Assembly: GCA_004431415.1 (NCBI GenBank)
Contig: QPMI01000322.1
Location: forward strand, 1 to 33,230
Length of the DNA: 33,230 nucleotides
Reading direction: 5' to 3'
Source of the DNA: Cyanophora paradoxa CCMP329
Taxonomy: Eukaryota; Plantae; Glaucophyta
Under the pieces are notes generated by a model, which was not told where the DNA came from, did not search any database, and saw nothing but the letters and a program-made list of their open reading frames with translations. Within the stretch, counting starts at the first letter, position 1; every line of letters begins with the position of its first letter. Below are positions 32,401 through 33,230 of this stretch, one piece after another. Position numbers and translations under genes: made by a program.

Positions 32401-33230
32401 AACCCGACGCGGGGGGGCGGACGGCGAGGGAGACGGGGGCGGCGGCCCGCGCGAGGGGCGCGAAGGCGGCGAGGAGCACCGCGGCGAGGTTGAGGGCCCC
32501 CGCGTTGCTGCACGTCTGCCCGCCCCTCAGGCGGCGCCGGGCGGGCGAGGGGCCGGGACGGGCAGGGCGGGCGGGCGGGCCTGGGTGGGGTCGTGGCCCT
32601 CCTTGGCGCGGTCGGCGCTGGCGTCGAGGAGCTCGGCCGCCCAGCGCAGCGTGCGCGCCCGGGCGGGCCCTCGGCGCGCAGCAGCCGCCGCACGAGCTCC
32701 GAGGCGACGGCGAGGTGCGTGTCGCACCGCAGCGCCAGGACCTCCTGCGCCGGCCTCGCCGGGGGCGGCGGCGCAAGGCAGGGGCCGGGTCGGGGCGCGC
32801 ACGAGGAGGGCGGCGGCCCAGCGCGGGGAGAGGAGGTCGAGGGGCGGGCCCCGCCGCCACCACCGCCCGCGCCGCCCGCGCGAGCAGCGGCCCCGGCACG
32901 TTGATCTGCGGCGAGGGCCCCGCTCGGGCGCGGCGGCGGCGTGCGTCGGGGGCGCCGCTCCCGCGCGTCGCACCGTGTTCCGGTCGTAGTACTCGGGGCA
33001 GGCGCCGACCTGCGGCGTGGTCAGAGGGCGCGGCAGGCGGAGCGGTGCGGGGCGGGGCGGGCGGACGGCGAGGAGGGCGCCGAGGAAGGTGAATCGCTCG
33101 CGGTCGCGCCCCGTCTGCCGCAGGGGCGCGGGGGCGCTCTCCTCTGGGGCGGCCCCCGCGGCGGGGAGCTCGGGGAGGGTGAAGTGGGGGTGGGCGGCGA
33201 GGGCGGCGAGGAAGCGCGGTCGCGCCCCAG
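29495..33230 (-). CDS. UFD2: Ubiquitin conjugation factor E4 (UFD2/UBE4 family U-box ligase), multi-exon, 5' part beyond the window
   Basis: U-box ELEDAPEEFLCPISCE|VMEEPVRLPSGAVVERAAILQHLL..DPFSR. Ufd2 core motifs in the expected order: LNLAAVLL, LFLLAARALHLGL, RSPYLRAKI, LLRLYVDVGATG..YMEKYALR, RFASALVADATFLLDE, PFLHPGVVGRLA, LKVRAPELY, FDPKFLL, FVRALVSDRRSY. Stop at 29495-29497. Confidence 0.92.

Overview
Very GC-rich eukaryotic nuclear DNA, probably protist or algal. This is inferred from short spliceosomal introns and a UFD2 gene; a glaucophyte or haptophyte-like genome is only a guess. Indel-only differences between repeat copies and frameshifts in genes suggest a long-read consensus. 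The first ~21.7 kb has no credible protein-coding gene. It holds a spacer-less palindrome centred at 2596/2597, spanning at least 1-5195, and three related ~158-160 bp satellites (A, B, C). The satellites form two modules with the same layout: unique end, C-rich array, 1-1.5 kb core, G-rich array, unique end. The second module (14841-21656) is a 6.8 kb foldback element with multi-kb inverted arms. 21.7-24.5 kb is a dense transposon graveyard: three TA-flanked MITEs, two TSD-flanked 5'-truncated retroposed inserts sharing a UNCG-tetraloop 3' hairpin, and many mariner-like excision footprints. Two convergent intron-rich genes follow: a membrane receptor-type HAMP plus class III nucleotidyl cyclase-like gene with a degenerate active site (+), and a U-box E4 ligase UFD2/UBE4 (-, 5' end outside the window). 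Six of the ten introns I could delimit use GC donors. No transposase, RT, protelomerase, rRNA, tRNA or CRISPR was recognised.
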